A stretch of DNA of 64,000 bases, from the NCBI RefSeq assembly GCF_009914755.1, contig NC_060932.1; one strand, given 5' to 3'. The DNA is from the human T2T-CHM13v2.0 reference genome, Homo sapiens. The position numbers and the translations under genes were made by a program. Below are positions 60,052 through 64,000 of this stretch, piece by piece; the first letter of the stretch is position 1; each line of letters opens with the position of its first letter. The notes below the pieces were generated by a model. The model did no database searches. It was not told the origin of the DNA and was given only the letters and a program-made list of their open reading frames with translations.

Positions 60052-60198
60052 CCATTAGATGTTTTTAAGATATATTAGATATTTTTCCTTTCAGGAAAGA
60101 GATAAACAAAACTTCAATAAATATACCTAGGTCTTGAAACTTCATTTTAATTGCTTTTGAAACTGGAAATGCCATGTGGGCAATATGCATATGGAATT

Positions 60199-60510
60199 TG
60201 TATTAGTTTTCTATTGATGCATAACAAATTACGACAAATGTAGCAACACAAATTTATCATCTCACAATTCTATGGTTAGAAGTCTAGGTGAGTTCAGCTG
60301 GTTCTCTGTTCAGGGTCTCACAAAGCCAAAATCAGACTGTTAGTTGGCCTGGGTTCTAATCTGGGGGCTCCTGGAAAGAATCTACTTTCAAACTTATTCC
60401 AGTTATTCACATAATCTAGTTCCTTGTGGCTTTAATATTGAGGTCTCCAGTTCCTTATTAGCTGTTGTCCAAGGGTTGCCTTAAGCCCTAGGGACCACCC
60501 ATTCATTCTC
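60199..60510. mobile_element. MLT1-family MaLR LTR, truncated
   Basis: tgtattagttttctattgatgcataacaaattac...aacacaaatttatcatctcacaattct. Confidence 0.75.
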
Positions 60511-60511
60511 A

Positions 60512-62876
60512 TTGTCTCCTCTGATTGTGTATTTTCAAACTCACTAATTCTTTCTTCAGCTTGATCAATTCTGCTGTTAAGAGACTCTGATGCATTCTTC
60601 AGTATATCAGTTGCATTTTTCAACTCCAGAATTTTTGCTTATTTTAAATTATTTCAATCTCTTTGTTACATTTATCTGACAGGATTCTGAATTCCTTCTC
60701 TGCATTGTTTTGAATTTTGCTGAATTTCCTCAAAAGAACTATTTTGAATTCTCTGTCTGAAAGAAAGGTCACATATCTCTATCTCTCCAGGATTAGTCTC
60801 TGGTACCTTAGTTTGTTTGGTGAGGTCATGTTTGCCTGGATGGTTTTCATGCTTGTGGATGTTCATCAGTGTCTGGGCATTGGATAGTTAGGTGTTTATT
60901 ATAGTCTTCATGGTCTGGGCTTGTTTGTACCTGTCTTTCTTAGGAAGGCTTTCCAGGTATACGAAGAGACTTGGGTGTTGTGATCTAAGTTTTTGGTCAC
61001 TGCAGCCATATCTGCATTAGGGGGCACCCAAAGCCCAGTAACTGTGTGGCTCTTGCAGACTCACAGTGGTGCCACCTTGATGGTCTTGGATAAGATCCAG
61101 AAGAATTCTTTGGATTACCAGGCAGAGACTCTTGTTTTCTTCCTTTGCTTTCTCCCAAACAAATAGAGTCTCTCTGTACTGAGCTGCCTGGAGCTGGGGC
61201 TAAGGAAGGTAACACAAGCACCGTGGCCACCACAATGCTGGTGGCCACTGTGCTGAGTCATACCCGAAGCCAACACAGCACTGGGCCTCACCCAAGGCTC
61301 ATGATAACCCCTGCCTGGCTATCCGCCTGTGTTCACTCAAGGTCCTAGGGCTCTATAACCTGCCAGGCTTGTGTCCTTCCCTACAGGGCAGTGAAATTTC
61401 TCTTGTCCCAGGTACATCCAGAGATGCTGTCCAGGAGCCAGGGCCTGGAGTCAGAAACCTTAGGAATCTACTTGGTGCTCCATTCTACTGAGAATGAGCT
61501 GGCACCCAAGCCACACACAAGAAAAAGTCCTTCCCACTCCTCCCTCCACTTTCCACAAGCAGTGGAGTCTCTCCCCATGGCCACCACCATCCCAGGCCTG
61601 CAGCGAGTGCTACGTGGCTACCACAGATGTTCCCACAAGGTCCAAGGGCTCTTCAGTCAACTTGTGGTGAATGCTGCCAGGCCTGAGACTCTCCTCAAGG
61701 CAATGAGCTCCCCTCTGGCCCAGGGCAGCCCAGAAATGAAATGCCATCCAAGAACCAAGGCCTGGAATTGGGAATCCCAAGAACCCACTTGGTGCTCTTT
61801 CCCACTGTGGGCTAGCTGGTACCTAAGCTGCAAGACAAACTACCCTTCACTTTTCTATCTCCTTTTCTCAAGCAGGAATCCCTCCCTATAGCCATCACAG
61901 CTGGGAATGTGCTGGGTCACAGCTCAAACCAGCATATCTTTGAGTGTCTCACCCAGGGCCCATGGTGAGTATTGCCTGGGTGCTACTGCTAATTATTTAA
62001 GGCCTAATGGCTCTTCAGTCAGCAGGTGATGAATCCTGCAAGGACTGGGTCCTTCTCATCAAGGCACGGTTCCCTTCTGGCCCAAGGTGTGTCTACAAAT
62101 GTCATTTGGGAGCTAGGGACTAGAATGGAGGCCTCAGGACTCTGCCTGGTGCCTTATCCTGCTGTGGCTGAGCTGGTATCCAAGCTGCAAGACAAAGTCC
62201 CCTTTACTCTCCCTCTCCTCTCCCAGAGCTGCGAGCTGTGCTGCCTGGATTGGAGGAGGGGTGGCACAAGCACTCCCTTAGCTGCCCCATCTGGTGTCTG
62301 ACTGGATTGCATGCCCCCCAAGTTCACTGGCTCCTAGCCCAGCACAGAACCAGGACTTAACCCAGAATTGCAGTTCTTGTGGCCTAGACTGCCTTTCAGG
62401 TTTATTTAGGACCCCAGAGCACTTTAGCCTGCAGTGGCAAGGCTTGCCAGAACTCAGGTTCTGCCCACAGGATGGTTCTCCTGTGGCTAGGGATGGTCTA
62501 AATACTCCCTCTGTGGGTACCAGCTGAGCTCTGCCTGGTATTGATTTCCACTGTAACAGGGCAGCATGAGTTCCAATGCCAAGTCCCACAATCACTACTC
62601 TCTCCCGCCCACAAATGCACAGATTCTCTCTCTGTGCCACACAGCCACCCTTGCGGAGATGGAATAGGGTTGGCATCCACAGTTCAAGACTGTCTTTCCT
62701 ACCGTCTTCAGTACCTCTTTCAGTGATACAAAGTTAAAAACAGGTACGGTGATTGCTTACCTGACTTTTGGTTCTTGTTAAGTTCCTTTTTTTTTTATGG
62801 ATAATTGTTCATTTTGGTGTTGCTGTGAGCAGGGTGATTGGTGGAGGCTTCTATCCAGCTGTCTTGCTCTGCCTCC
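60512..62876 (-). mobile_element. L1M/L1PB-type 5'UTR plus start of ORF1, 3' portion missing
   Basis: ORF1 remnant SLNSRIDQAEERISE (60432..60623, -); GC-richer repetitive 5' region; terminus gtcttgctctgcctcc. Confidence 0.8.
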
Positions 62877-63109
62877 CTCTTGGCCTAGCCTTGTGAATGA
62901 ACTTCTTGGAGAAAATGCTGAAGCAGTATCCCAATGATTAAACTGGCAAAGAAAGGGTACATTAGATAAAGGGAACAATATGAACAAGGCCTAGTGATAT
63001 AACAGCATGGGTTGGGGGAAGTGGGCTCTGCAAACTCAGATATTATAAGGAAAGGCAAGAACTCTTTCTTGCTTCCTTGCTTGCTTTTTTTTTTTTTTTT
63101 TTTTATCTG

Positions 63110-63590
63110 AGGAGCTTGTTCTTTTGTTTCTTAGGTAAGGAGGAGGCAATAAAGAGTTTTAAACAGGAGTGAGCCACTCAGAATTGCATTTAAAACAAAT
63201 TATTTGGAAATCACTCTGTGGAGACTAGATTAAATCTAAAGACAATTGGTCTAGACAGGGGAACCATTTAGGAGGCTTTATAATAACTGAACGATATCAA
63301 AAACATGGTGGAGGAAAATAGGGACTGGATGGAATGCTGGAGAGAAGGGGATTGGAATCAAGCAATGTTTTGGAACTAAAATTGACAGAACTTAATCAGT
63401 TTTTGGCTTGGGACCAGATAAAGAGGGAATGAAATGAGGAGTCAAAAAGTCAGATTTCTGACTAAAGCCACTTGGTGGATTATAGAACCATTAACTAAGA
63501 CAGGGAATACAGCATGTCTGAGAGGAGTTAATGGATTGCTTGGATAAATTAATTTGACGAGCCTGTGAGAGTTCAGGAGAAAATGGCGAC
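63110..63590. mobile_element. L2 fragment
   Basis: gagttttaaacaggagtga...tttaggaggct...aaattgacagaactt motifs. Confidence 0.55.
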
Positions 63591-63634
63591 AGACTTGCAT
63601 TCACTCATATTTTCTTCATTACATCATTAAACAT

Positions 63635-64000
63635 TGTGGGGCCATAGGCTTTTGGCCCCCTAAAGGTTATCTGAAAATCACTGACATGTGGCAGATTGAT
63701 TAATAGAAAAGCCATACAAATGTATGTAATGTATATACATGGGAGCCTTCAGCGTGAACATCCAGCATCCCAACAAGGTACAGAAGCTTATATATCATCT
63801 CGAGGTCACAGAAAGAATGAGGCTTGGATCCTGGTAAAACAGGTTATGGGAAGGGATAGAACAGAAATTCTATTGAGGGGCAATAAATGATTACTAGGGA
63901 GAATGACTGGATCAGAGAGCAGAGAATAACTTGTAAATAGTTATCTTTGTAACTTAAATGACCTTGGGATAGTCACTATCTTGAAAAAGGGACTGTTCAG
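63635..64000. mobile_element. ERV1 MER4-group-like LTR running off the window
   Basis: cagattgattaatagaaaagccatacaaat...acatgggagccttcag resembles remembered MER4-group LTRs. Confidence 0.4.

Noticed and set aside
60997-62726. Dense cluster of overlapping ORFs in a GC-richer region
   Set aside because: Lies within an old L1 5' region; higher GC lowers stop-codon frequency and no protein family is recognisable.

Overview
Human (primate) genomic DNA from inside VPS13B (COH1, the Cohen-syndrome gene), transcribed on the + strand. Two coding exons are present: a 688-nt exon (16774-17461, phase 0 to 1) and a 138-nt exon (36318-36455, phase 1 to 1). They splice in frame as ...DYKCI-D-PGKTLPE...; from memory these are about exons 34 and 35 of the long RefSeq isoform, numbering unchecked. 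The rest is intron, dense in Alu, L1, L2, MIR, MaLR/LTR and DNA-transposon relics; almost all listed ORFs are repeat-derived or spurious. I found no new multi-gene system. The most notable unexplained structures are: (1) a probable LF-SINE relic at the edge of a ~6-kb repeat-poor block; (2) a 336-bp locally templated insertion with a fold-back hairpin at its junction; (3) two sites reused by successive retrotransposon insertions, one holding a twin-primed inverted L1PA and one a head-to-head Alu pair; (4) an ungapped 95-bp diverged direct repeat; (5) a candidate TDP-43-repressed cryptic exon; (6) a DSGIGS beta-TrCP-type degron motif in the large exon. Repeat family names come from remembered consensus sequences and most repeat boundaries are approximate.
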